This document shows, piece by piece, positions 13,901 through 64,000 of a stretch of 64,000 nt of DNA (its first letter is position 1; every line of letters begins with the position of its first letter). Made by a program: the position numbers and the translations under genes. Where the stretch lies: the NCBI GenBank assembly GCA_964035545.1, contig OZ037765.1, forward strand, positions 15,810,995-15,874,994. Direction: 5' to 3'. This stretch comes from Bugula neritina (taxonomy: Eukaryota; Animalia; Bryozoa). Below the pieces are notes generated by a model, which was given only the letters and a program-made list of their open reading frames with translations, was not told where the DNA came from and did no database searches.

Positions 13901-14049
13901 TTTTCCTACACAATACAATTCCAAAATGTCTGTAATTGCTGTTGGACTCTGACCATTTTGATATCTATGGCTAGACTCTACCACTCGTCGTGCCATTATG
14001 GCACGACAAATGCAAACCGTTGACCGTGTGCATAAGCTATTAGGCTTAG

Positions 14050-14590
14050 CTATACTAATACTAATAGAAAATAATATAAAATAAATAATTAAAATAATGA
14101 TATTTGTTCAATAAGACTGAAAGTAAAGGTCTAAATTACTCTCTAAATGAGTTATACTTACAGTTAGTGTTACTCAGATGTTAACTAAGTTGCTGTTGCT
14201 CTTAAGTTAATAACTATAAGTGTGAGAGTAACGGTAACGGTAAGTATTACTATTAGTATAACTCATTGTGTCATTTACTCTCAATAATTATTGGTATGTG
14301 AATAAGAATGAGAGTAACTATAAAACCAAATGACAGACGCAGAGTGAGAGTTGTTATGAGAATTAGACTTAAAATGTGAATTAGTATAAGTAAGTGTCAG
14401 CCTGGCTATAACATTAACTGTATAACATCAATTCGGTAGAGTTAGATTCTCACTATAATAATAATAAATATTGGTTTAAGTATTAATATTAGTATTGGTA
14501 TGCTTAACTATAAATTAAGTAATACTAACACTCTAATAATACATTGGTGTTGCTACAATACATAATAATACATTATAATGACATTGCTGA
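14050..14590. repeat. 6-bp-periodic degenerate repeat tract
   Basis: ACTAAT, ACGGTA, AGTGAG and AGTATT runs; approximate boundaries. Confidence 0.65.
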
Positions 14591-14769
14591 AGAAGGAACC
14601 CAAGTCATAAACCAAGTAAAAAATTTCATAGAGTAAAAATATTTTAGGAAGTTGTAGTTTCAACTGGTGGATTACAGGCTGGATCACAAGAAAAGACTGG
14701 AAGCAGAGAGTGAACAACAAAAGATAAAAACACTTGCAATCAGGCCAATAAAAAGCATGTGTAAAACTT

Positions 14770-14845
14770 TTGCCCTCGCTGAGGCTTAAACCCGAGATTG
14801 TCAGCTTGCAAACTTGGGCGCTAACCATTACACCACAGGGACTAT
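14770..14845 (-). mobile_element. Degenerate tRNA-derived SINE head
   Basis: Minus strand CTGTGGTGTAATGGTTAGCG (A box)...GGGTTTAAGCC (degenerate B box). Confidence 0.55.
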
Positions 14846-14929
14846 CTCAGCACTGCAGCATATTTGAAAACAAGACTGAAAGTCGGATATTGTGAAACAA
14901 GTAAACTCTGGCTTCAGCCAGAAGAATGT

Positions 14930-15590
14930 ATTCTGTTAATTAGATACAAATTAAAAAGTAAAAAACCAGGAATTCGCTCTAAGAGAATAGGTTACGAAGT
15001 ATAAAAAATTTGATGCTGATAAACAATATCGTATCAAAAACCTACACATAAATCAAAAACAGCTATGGGGGAATGAAAAGTGATGAAACCAGCACAAAGC
15101 CCCTAGGAAATGGTTTTTCAACAATGTTCTTACCTAAGATCAAGTCAGCCAAAAGAAAAGCAGCAGATCTGCAATCTCCAAGTACTGACTTTAACATCAT
15201 ATGCCTCACTACTCATCTTGATTGTTCAATATAGAGCAAAAGTATAACCCCTGGTCCAAAAAGATTGTATTCAGAAAAGGCTACTACTGAAGTTCTCATT
15301 AAATTAATAAATAGTTTATGAAATGGAAAGTCTCCAAGGCCCAATGGAATCCGCAAACCAGATCTGTTTGTGGATGTAATGTCAGCCGTATACCTACAAA
15401 ACATATTATAAGCCTTAGTTGATTCTGTTAAGTTACCCCCCTCAGTGGAAACTTGCATATGTCACCCCGATGCATAAGTGCATAAGCTGGCAGCAAGTAA
15501 TTATTGTCCCATATCACTTACCAGTGTCTTGTGCAAAGTGAGTGAACACCTTGTGCTTCCTTATTTGAACCAAAAGTTGAATGACTGTTA
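14930..15590 (+). mobile_element. Non-LTR retrotransposon (CR1/Jockey-like) ORF2 fragment
   Basis: Relics KSP.P.GI (~15328) and NYCPISLTSVLCKV.EHL (~15499), the typical NYRPISL motif upstream of the RT domain; interrupted by stops. Confidence 0.7.
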
Positions 15591-15709
15591 AATGTGAGTC
15601 GCACTGTCGCAGTATTAAGTTTTGGTTCTAAAAATAAAACCAAGAGCCTTCAATTTCAAATTTTTATTCTGGTTTTCAATGAAATAAATAAAGCTCACAC
15701 AGGTTTATA

Positions 15710-15833
15710 GTCTCACTCCTGTGCTAAATCGGGCTAAGGACTTATTCAGATGGGGCACAGGAGCATCACCGGGGTTCGAACCCATGACTTTGTGTGTACT
15801 AAGCCAAACGTTCTAACCCCTAGAGCACAGCTG
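15710..15833 (-). mobile_element. Degenerate tRNA-derived SINE head
   Basis: Minus strand GTGCTCTAGGGGTTAGAACG...GGGTTCGAACCC then CCTGTGCCCC...CCTTAGCCC; similar to the 6930 copy. Confidence 0.6.
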
Positions 15834-16100
15834 TTCCTTTGGTTTTTAATGAAATGGCCTGTTATAAAAGCTGTAAATGCAACCTGAAGTGTTGAAATCA
15901 AAAGCCACGTAAGGCTTGTAAGTCTTTTTGTACTAGCTATTGATTTATTTCTTATACTTATATATTATGCTAATGTATAGATGGAAAGTGTGCTGTGTGA
16001 AAGGCTTTTTCAAACTTGCTTTATCTTTTTTTTTGTAGTTAGCTGTTACCTAAAGGCAGTTGTCATCACTGTAATCTAGACATACGAATTTTGTGTGCTT

Positions 16101-32295
<16,195 letters not shown>

Positions 32296-32425
32296 TCAGT
32301 CACTCTGCCACAGGTAATTCTATTGTAGCCCATCTTGTGGTGAGATCTGCACTATTCTTGTTATCAGATGTAAGTGTTGAGCATTGCTAGCTGCCTAGCT
32401 CCCTTCTTAGTAGTTGTTGATTAAA

Positions 32426-32629
32426 AATTCATTAAAGAGGCTGTCTAAGAAAAACTTACAACACTTTTATCAGCTATGAAATTGGCAAAATATTAGGAAG
32501 AAATAAAATACATCTGATGCATTCATATTAGAATGCATCAGATGTATTTTATTTCTTCCTAATATTTTGCCAATTTCATAGCTGATAAAAGTGTTGTAAG
32601 TTTTTCTTAGACAGCTTCTTTAATGAATT
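32426..32629. repeat. Near-perfect inverted repeat, ~99-bp arms, 6-nt spacer
   Basis: AATTCATTAAAGAGGCTG...CTGATGCATTC-ATATTA-GAATGCATCAG...CAGCTTCTTTAATGAATT; one mismatch, which is a G-U pair on the + strand. Confidence 0.95.
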
Positions 32630-34552
32630 GTTCGATCAGCTAACTGAGTTCGAGCTCAGTAGACTGATAGCTCAGAATAACTAGGTTTGAACTTTGACCT
32701 GTTGCCATGCTATTGACTAACTGCAGTCAGGCTGAGACAATATACCTGCAACGTGCAATGGAGTTTTTCATATTTGCTTTTTACTCGCTACTTAGCAATA
32801 ATCAAGAGAATTGAGTTTGTTTTTTTTGGTTCTTTTATCCAATATAATTTATTTCCATTTATTTGTTTGTAGTCAGCAGAGGTTGACTGAACTTTTGTCA
32901 TGAAATTGAATCTGTGATTACATATCCAAACTCTACCAGTTGCAAAGAAGACATTATCTTCACTCAGATGAAATGTTTAGTTATATAACTATTATTTTGA
33001 CTGGATTGTCTATGGACATATTTGTACTTGCTGCATCTATTGTTTAGTTACGTGCAGTACATATTTTATCCAGGCATACTCTGTAAATATGCTTTTCAAA
33101 GCAAATTAATTATTTTGTTTTGTTTTTTGTAGCACTTAAAGTACTGCGAGTTTACAGTTTATGATTTACAATGTGTAGATCTCACATGTACACATTAATT
33201 TACTTGTTATACAAATGTATATTTGTGCAATATACCAATAAATTTATTTTACAATTCTTAGTCCAAAATTTAATCAATGATTAGCCATGCAATTTTTCAA
33301 TGCATCAAATTTTCTGTGTTTTAGTCAAAATAATTTTTAGTCAAACTAGCTAATTTTTATTTAAAAAATCCAGTAAGTTTATCATATAATAGATTTAAGA
33401 TGGAGTAATTATACTGGTGATAAATTTCACATGGTGTTCAACAACATGTCGTCAGTGTGATGCGCCTTCTTGCTAATTTATCAGGCTGTAAATTCTGGTG
33501 CCACATGTATTACATATTTATAATGAAAGCTTAGCATAACCACTCCAATTGAAATTTACTATTCAATATTTAAACCTAAATATAAAATATCTTGCATTTA
33601 CAGAAAAAAACACTAAGCCTTGTGTACTTATTTGAAATAAATTGACCATTTTATTTAAAATAGTAAATATATATCTATACATATATATGTATGTATATGT
33701 ATTATATATGTAGCATTAGAGGATTAATACTGATAAAATCTAGTCATAATATTGTTCCTTTATTTTTGTTCCTATGAAAAACCAAATAAACTATGATAGC
33801 TTATGGTAAGACTGAAGAGTGTAGTGGACTGAAGTGCAAAATAATTTTGTGGCTTACTTGGTAAAAAAAATATATATATATAAAATGGTGTATAGTTTAC
33901 CACTTGAAAGAGCTCAGTGCAGAGCAAAGTGAATAAAAGTACTTGTCACAAATTCTGAGTGTACATATACCTATAGACTTACAGGGTTTTTCCTAATGAT
34001 TATACACGAATGTTCATAAATATTCTAGACTGATCAAAAAGATGGGTCGTTGTTCATTGTTATTGTTTTCATTAGTCATGTTAACTACTGCCCAACAATG
34101 TAAACAAGGTGCTGCGCAATAATTGCGAAATAACCATGGAAATTCCAATGTTTTGTTTTGTTTACTATAAATACTGAGGCAGTTGTGTTTACGAATCAGT
34201 TCATTCCCGAAGTTCATTTTTATACATTCATCTGTGCATATCTTACTAGAGAAATAAAGTATACTTATATTCACAACTCTATTTACTCACAACTGGATTA
34301 GCAAGCTGTACGCTACTTGTCTATACACTTCTGACTACCAGACTTTTCGAACTCGTCACACTGCTACCAACAGTTTTGTGACAGTAATGAACGATAAAAT
34401 TTGATTTAAAACATTTTATTACTATTAGTTTCATGTGCCTTATATATACACGATTTGAAGATTGTGTATATATATATTTTTACGAGCTAGCAATTTAATT
34501 ATCAATAAATATACGAGAATCATTGTTGTTTTTTTACTTCATTAGGCAAAAT

Positions 34553-34598
34553 AAATAACTTATATTTCGGGCACCGCTGTGCCCATCTTCAGAGTAAC
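34553..34598 (-). ncRNA. Candidate minimal type I hammerhead ribozyme (Penelope-like)
   Basis: Minus strand UGUUACU-CUGAAGA-U-GGGCAC-AGCG-GUGCCC-GAAA-UA-UA-AGUUAU: intact core boxes, perfect 6-bp stem II, minimal stem III, partial stem I. Confidence 0.7.
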
Positions 34599-34612
34599 AA
34601 TTCGACACACAA

Positions 34613-34659
34613 CGACTTGAAGATCATAGCTTGCACTACGTGAAACAATATTGTAGTCG
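34613..34659 (+). ncRNA. Candidate type I hammerhead ribozyme (C3U variant)
   Basis: CGAC-UUGAAGA-U-CAUAG-CUUGCA-CUACG-U-GAA-ACAAUAUUGU-A-GUCG: stem I CGAC/GUCG, stem II with one CpG-type mismatch, palindromic stem III, predicted GUA cleavage after 34655. Confidence 0.65.
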
Positions 34660-34770
34660 ATAAAATGAAAATATAAGTTTATTTTTATATCCAAAATTGT
34701 ATCAGTACCAAATATAAATACTCTATTTTTCGAAATATTGAGTTCTTTTGATACATTTTTTAATTATAGA

Positions 34771-34773
<3 letters not shown>

Positions 34774-34855
<82 letters not shown>
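34774..34855. repeat. (TA)n microsatellite
   Basis: About 40 TA units. Confidence 0.95.
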
Positions 34856-34858
<3 letters not shown>

Positions 34859-36151
34859 GCAACGGGGCACAATAATCAAAGGGATATAAAAAGCCGGTCA
34901 AATTGTGAGAGAACTTACTGACTTCGAGTTGTGATTTTTTCTTTAATAAAAAGGTAATGACATAATTATTCAGCCATTGTATTTTCAGCACTTGTAGAAC
35001 ATACATGCCAAAGAGGCAAGTCAAAATCTGTTTTATTTTACCTGCCTACTGTAAATTTTTAAGATGTCATTAATGCTTTATAATTTTTTACACTCAATTT
35101 TTGCTGATATTGTTGCCACTGCTTGTTTCTTGCATTGCTTAACTAGTATAATAGCAAATTTTAAAATAAATATTCTTGAACCACATTTAGTTTCAACTTG
35201 GCCACACGAGCCACACTGACCGAGGTACACTGAGCCACCTGACCATCGCACCCTGATCACGTCCGTTAATAATATGTTTGTCCAAAAAAATAGTTGAAAT
35301 GTTAGCAAAATCTACAAGTATAGCCATTTCTAACCTTCTTTTTGTAAAATATCAAAAGCATCATGGTAAGAGTACCAAACTACAAGGTTAAGCTGCCCTC
35401 ATATACATCTGGTGAGGTTATAGCTTTACCATTTTATGCATCATACAAAACACTCTGCTGTTGCTAATAATGGATAGTCATGATATTCATTATACACTAT
35501 ATCAATGAGGGAATACACATGTATTTGATTAATAAAATATATTGCGATTTGCTCATTTCCTCACCCCTACCCCCTTCCACACTCCGACCATAAACCTCAG
35601 CCACCTTAGCTACAGTTCATAAAAAAAGTCCACTCGAAATTTTGCAGCATATCAGTTTTTTTCTGAACAGTTCCTGTGAAGTGGAGTGTTTGCTCAGAAA
35701 TAGAACAAATATTTTTAGTTTTAAACAGTAATGACAATGGCACCATAGAAATGAGTGATGTGCGTTTCATTTTGCCTCCCCCTGCTAACTGTGGTGGCAC
35801 AAACCTTGCAGCTTGAACATGATTTTTGTTGTAGAGCTGAAACAGTATTTTTATTTACTTGTGAATATTAAGTAAATAAAGATCAGATGCAACCAAATCA
35901 GCAAAATTTTAATATATTTGTTGTGTCCTACCCAGTGGCTCATTGTACCCAGGTACTGGGGCACAAAGGGCCAGATTTCTCGTCATGGAAATGTCATTAT
36001 TCTGAAAGTTGTGAAAGAGATAAAAACAATAAACTGATACTTATAAGTGACAACTGGTGTAGCATTAGACTAGAGATTATTGAACTAGTAACTTGAAAAA
36101 CAGACGAATGAGAGCAAAAAATTCGACCCATTGTGCCCACCCCATTACCCC
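34856..36151. mobile_element. Putative non-autonomous TIR DNA transposon inserted at TA
   Basis: Imperfect TIR GGGGCAACGGGGCACAAT / ATTGTGCCCACCCCATTACCCC, flanked by (TA)n and TATATA; no transposase ORF. Confidence 0.55.
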
Positions 36152-37287
36152 TATATAGGATTGAGCCATTGTAGCCGACTCAATTTTATTTCGTAGTACA
36201 GCAGCTTTTTATGAAAGCAAAGTATGATCATACAAAATTAATATGAAGTTTAACTGAATTAATATGTGTTGCTTGTGGAGATAGCCATTAAATGAGTAGC
36301 ACAGTGCTGACGGTTACACCTCAATTTCATAGAGTTTTTCAACTAAGAAATCACTTATAGTTGCCAGCTTGCTGATGATGCTCTAAAACTTGGGCTGCTT
36401 ATTCGAACATGAAGACTTGTTCCAGCTGGTTTCCTCAAGACTGTTCGCTGATGAATTGTGTGAACACAGTCTACACAGCTGGTTTTGCTTCTTGCCAATT
36501 TGTTTACGGCCAGCTGCTAGTGTTCTAAAAACAGACAATTTCAGTGTTAGATAAAAGTAGTAGAGAGAGTGGAGGCAAAGACAAGGGAATGTTTCAGTTC
36601 AACTCCAGTGATTACCATCATAGGAGTTGTGGTTTGAAAATGATGGTAATATTTACAGCACATTTTGTAATTGTCTTTTCAGTCAACTTTTACTAATATT
36701 TTGAAAATCAAGACTTGAATAGAGGATCAATAGTTGTTTTTAATGCTTAATTTTCAATCAACTGCATATTGTCAACCACCCATATTGATTTACATTTACA
36801 CTGCTATTCGTGTATTATTCTGTAAAATACCAATGTCTTTGGTATATGTCTATAATAACTCTATTCTGATATTTAGCTATTGCAGAAACTCTATTATTCA
36901 AATTGGTAAAACTAATCTAAGAAAATGTATGGTAATTGACTGCAATGCTCACATGTTTTCTGATCTTGCAAAGACAACAAAAGTGCTTTTATGTTCTGAC
37001 ATGAAGAAGTTTGGTAAAACTTCAACAGATATGTGAAACCTCAAACCAAAAATCGAAACCCAGACAACAAAATAATTATGTTGCTGGAACAAATACATTG
37101 ATTTGTAACTTTATTAGATGCATTAGCATTTTATTACTTTGTGGCAGTTTTTTATTATAACCTTTTATCTATTAATTGCTTGTTTCAACTGAATCATAGA
37201 GTTTACTAAACAATAAGGCAAACTGTGTACAATATTGCACTATTACTGTAAGATAAACTAACATTTGATGTGTAAAAAAATTAATTC

Positions 37288-49879
<12,592 letters not shown>

Positions 49880-50756
49880 TTCGATCAGAACTTTCAACAA
49901 AAGCGGCAACACATCTAAAAAGAAATATAAACAAACAAATATGTGTCAGAATGGGCATAGAATGTCATAAAATACTTGCTAAACAAATATTATGAATCAC
50001 AAAAATATGAGAAATGTCAAAAGTCCTAATGCATAAAATACAAAGTAAGGTAAATTGATGAATGTAACAAATTATGCACATAATCTAAGTAGTTTTCCTA
50101 CTAAATTACCTTTGAATCTAAACTGGCGAAGCAGTTGGTTGTGAAGCTGTGAGTCTTTATGAAAAGATTATCTTCTCATTTCATTGAGCTGCTGGGCTGT
50201 GATTCAATGCAGTCACTACAGGGTTACTATTTGTGATTCACTAAACAACTGTCAAACTGACAAGCAGCACAGGCAGCAAAAATAGTAATGATGGGCAGCC
50301 TTTGTTTAAAGTCAGCATCTGCGATCAAGATCCTTCCTTTGGCACTCGAATACTAAAGTTAACCTCAAAGTTCAAGTTTAATTAAGTAGACTTGATAGTA
50401 TGTAGACTACCCTAAGCATGAAGGCTGAGCTAATGCTGAGCCCAGGCCTGCTGTAGCCTAACAAAATGCACTACACAAACCAGAGCCTATGAAAACATGT
50501 ATCGTAATGTATAGATATGAAGAGCATGGGCATAGATCTGGTTCAAAGGGCTTGTTGCCTTTTAGATATTAGCACTAACCACAAGGCAATGTTGTTTTTC
50601 CATGAAATAAAACCGTTGTGGTGCAAACATAACTCCTTACTCACAATAGAAGCTCAGCAGAAGAAAATATTGATTTGTACTCAGTGATGGTCAGAAGGAG
50701 CAGAGCAGCTCATCTTGTTGCTCAGAGCAACTTTAAATGAGTCTAATAGAGTTTTA

Positions 50757-51345
50757 AGTTGAAATTATAATATACTAGTTGAAATTATAATATACTAGTT
50801 GAAATTATAATATTGTAATGGTTAGGGGAAGTATACCCCCCCCCCCCCCCAGTGTCCCTGCTAAACATAATTCTATAGATTATGGTCAAGGACGACAACT
50901 CTAAGTCATGCTGCATTCTCATGCGGTGTTCTATTAGCAGATACGGGCGACACCGTCAGCAACTACGGGCGACACCGCCGGAATCTTGTATCATCCAATC
51001 AGGATCCACCCCATGTATATAGGCAATGCCTTTCGGCGCCCACAGCAATCTTGGACAGTGTTAGTAACTAACTAGGTTGACTATATGTAATTGTTTCGAC
51101 TCTTGTACTCTTTTGCTCTTTTATATGTATATTGATTTTATGGTGTGTAATTGACTTCAAAACAGTTTCCTGTTACCTGATGACCTCGTTCGGTTCTTCA
51201 CGGAACCTCACAGTGGATATGCAGTAATTACCAGCACACAATAACACCCAAATTAAGTAGTGCACAAAACTACAACAATATACTAGTTGAAATTATAGTA
51301 TACCAGTTGAAATTATAATATACTAGTTGAAAGTATAATATACTC
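50757..51345. repeat. 20-bp minisatellite (TATACTAGTTGAAATTATAA) split by a solo LTR
   Basis: About 3 copies on each side of 50814-51277. Confidence 0.85.
50814..51277 (+). mobile_element. Solo LTR (464 bp)
   Basis: TGTAAT...ACAACA termini, ATAT duplicated on both sides, TATA-like GTATATAGG; interrupts a minisatellite unit precisely. Confidence 0.8.
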
Positions 51346-52351
51346 TAAACTCTAAAACCTCTCGTCCACCATTTTATATCCAATATCCCATTTTCCAGCT
51401 GTTTGCCTATATATCTATACAATGATGAACATAATATTATATTAGTGGGGAGGGGTGGTTTTTGAGTTTGGGCAAAGCTGTGTATATAAATACTGCACTC
51501 AATCATCTCAAACTCATGTGTTTCAAGTTGGGTTCCAACTTCTGCTAGTGTTGATAATCATGGATCATGCCACTCATGGGAGTTATTCTACAATGTTAAC
51601 CATAAAAGCTCATAAAAGTTGCGCCTAGGCTTTTTTGAAACAAGAGAAGTTTATTACACAACTGCTAATGTACAGAGCAATTAACTGGCAATAACAGACA
51701 AAATAAATTAGGTCAAATAGTATATAGTGACAACTGACATTGCATTTGATATTGAACAATTACTTTACAAAGTGTTCATGTAAAAGTTTTTGTGAAAGAG
51801 TTCGAATTCAAACATGAAGAGACTTCAGAGATTAAGGTTTGCAATTAACAGCTACAGTATTTCACTACTTCAACCTAATTCCTTCTGTAGAATTGCTAGA
51901 GTGCAGCTAGACCATAAGAATGTGAGAGAAGTCAATTCTTCTCTAACTAAACATTATCAAAGCTAGGCCATTAGCTCCAGAATTGCATAATATAAATTTC
52001 TTGGAACACTATTATTTTAGTTCAGAGTTTGAGCTTAAAGTATGTCAGCACAGTAAGAGTTGTAAGACAGTTTTTCATTCTATGAAATTTCACTAGAACT
52101 TAAACTAAGAAAAGCTGCAATTCTTCACTTATTAATCACCATATATTGGAAACCCGCACCAGACATGAGATGATCAGTTCTTTTCTTTGGTGCTGATGCT
52201 AATCCATTACAGCCTTTGTAATGAAATTCCTATTATGGTATGCTATATTCTTTGTTGTATTGTGTATCAAGCTCTCTTATGACACAGTGTTATTGCTACT
52301 GTACTACAACACAGCCTACAGCATTTTCCTCCACTATATTTATTTAGTTCT

Positions 52352-52485
52352 ACAGAGTTATCTCCTGTAACTCTAGAGTTATCCTCCCTAACTTCACAGA
52401 GTTTTCCTCCCTAATTCCACAGAGTTTTCCTCCCTAACTCCACAGAGTTTTCCTCCCTAACTCCATAGAGTTATCCTCCTTAACT
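52352..52485. repeat. ~23-bp minisatellite (CACAGAGTTTTCCTCCCTAACTC), ~6 copies
   Basis: Direct inspection. Confidence 0.85.
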
Positions 52486-53450
52486 TTTATGAAAACTGCT
52501 TTAGAATTCATCAAAAAGTCTCTGAACTTCCTGAAATAGTTATTGTAGTTTGTACTTTGTTGGGAAAGCGTTAACTTAGGTGTTAGACTGTGTGATAATG
52601 GGCTATAACATAATACATAATTGTATGTTGGTGGGTGCTAGAAATAGCCACACATCCCAAAGCACAAAACTAGTTGGGTTCCAGTGATGGCTTGAAAACT
52701 GCCATTTTTAAAGAATATCTACAATCAATACCTGAGATTACAGTCCAGATTTTACTCCCTCAGATGTGTTTAGTTCACTCAAGGCTAGCTTCTAATTGGC
52801 AAATAATATTTAAACAAACTATGATAAAATAAGGCTTTGAAATTTGAGCTTGCGAACTCATATCCTCTTCCTTGCTGGCATTTGATTAGATTAAGTTGTG
52901 TGCTGCCCATCCACTGTACAACAATGTGTAATCAGTCATAGGAGTTGAATCTATAAACACTGACTGCATTGCAGCGTTGAAAAATTAAATAATTTTAAGC
53001 TGCATTTTAGAACAAAAAGTAAATTTTTGATACGATATAGGTCTTCACTATTTAAAAGCTATGTGCACCATGTACTTTTCCTTCCCATGTAAAATAAAGA
53101 ACTTGAGTCAGACAGATATAGTGATTGGCTACTCTACATCAAGCCCATAGCTTATATTACTGTTTTTACAACTTTGCCTGCTGGTTCATGGAAGTAAAAG
53201 AATTTTTCCTGTGTGCTACTACCCAAATTAGTAATTATCTTGAACAGTTACAGAAATGAGATCAACTCACACTGTTATAAAATATTATAGAGTTTTATTA
53301 ATGTATGTATTCAAATGAAACTTTACAAGATTCTTGCAGTATCTATGAACATATAATACAAATTTTTAGCTGAAGAATAAGTCATTTTTACAGTCAAAGG
53401 TTCAAACTAATAGCTACATAGCATAAGAAGGCAGCAGCTGTTCATTTGCT

Positions 53451-63274
<9,824 letters not shown>

Positions 63275-64000
63275 CTAAAACGATGATAAGTGAACACATT
63301 AAGTGATTTAATGTAATTTTCTAACTTGGATAAGATGAGAAACCTCACATGTATTAGTATTGTGCAGAGAGCCATCCTCTACACTAGTCTACAGATTATT
63401 ATGTTACTAAGTCAACAAAAATGTGCAATCAGCAATTTTAAATTATTCAGCGATTTTAATATTCCCAAAACTATCTTATGTGGCAAGTTAAAATATAAAT
63501 TAGCTCCCACTGCTGTACCCTATACACAATTATTAATATAACGATGGCTTTCAGCACAACAAGTGAATAGATCCACCATAATGAGCACAGAGCTTCTACA
63601 TCATACACAACTTATAAAACAACTCCATTTCTTCTCAACTACAAACTTAAGGATAGGGAAGGATCACTGCAAAAAGTGTAATGAACAACCAATTACAGCA
63701 GAGATATTTAACTTCCTTCCTGTATACAGCAAAGACAACATAAGAAGATTGGTGTTCTTGTGTGAAACAAAATGAAACTATTGATTCAAAGAGTCTAAAA
63801 ATACCTTGCCATGGTGAAGGTGGCCACAGAGTGATATGTTTCTCACCAGGTCTACATTGTCCATTAGATCAGCCAAAAACCTGTGCAATACTAATTCACC
63901 TTTACTTAATATATACAGCTTCAAATGGTTATTTTAATCAAAATAAACAATAAGTTACATGTATATGTGTAATTTGTAATGGAACTCATGCAACCTAAAC

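Noticed and set aside
15750-15833. Possible tRNA genes (also 6990-7055, 14770-14845, ~54130)
   Set aside because: A/B boxes are present but there is no complete cloverleaf, and SINE-like body sequence follows in some copies.
51176-51215. CTGATGA in the solo LTR as a third hammerhead
   Set aside because: No GAAA box after a stem II.

Overview
AT-rich, intron-rich nuclear DNA of a metazoan, probably an invertebrate (not a prokaryote, so most short ORFs in the track are exon pieces or noise). Five host genes can be reconstructed by hand. These are the 3' end of a fibulin-type gene (+), ABHD17 (+), a complete 25-coding-exon POLR3B (+), a 10-coding-exon M14A carboxypeptidase B-like gene (-), and the 3' 15 exons of EFTUD2/Snu114 (-). 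Introns and intergenic DNA hold many transposon relics: two RT-less Ty3/Gypsy elements, a solo LTR, LINE fragments (CR1/Jockey-like, RTE-like, R4-like), PIF/Harbinger- and hAT-type MITEs, fold-backs, tRNA-SINE heads and mini/microsatellites. Four observations stand out. (1) A 7-kb Gypsy element carries, between integrase and the 3' LTR, a decayed, apparently spliced accessory gene encoding a zinc finger, a basic region and a leucine zipper. (2) Two different hammerhead-ribozyme motifs sit back-to-back on opposite strands at about 34.6 kb. (3) Long 6-bp-periodic 'drifting hexamer' tracts follow the putative first exons of both ABHD17 and POLR3B. (4) A near-perfect ~100-bp hairpin lies just behind the POLR3B stop. 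All coordinates were derived by eye and no database search was run.
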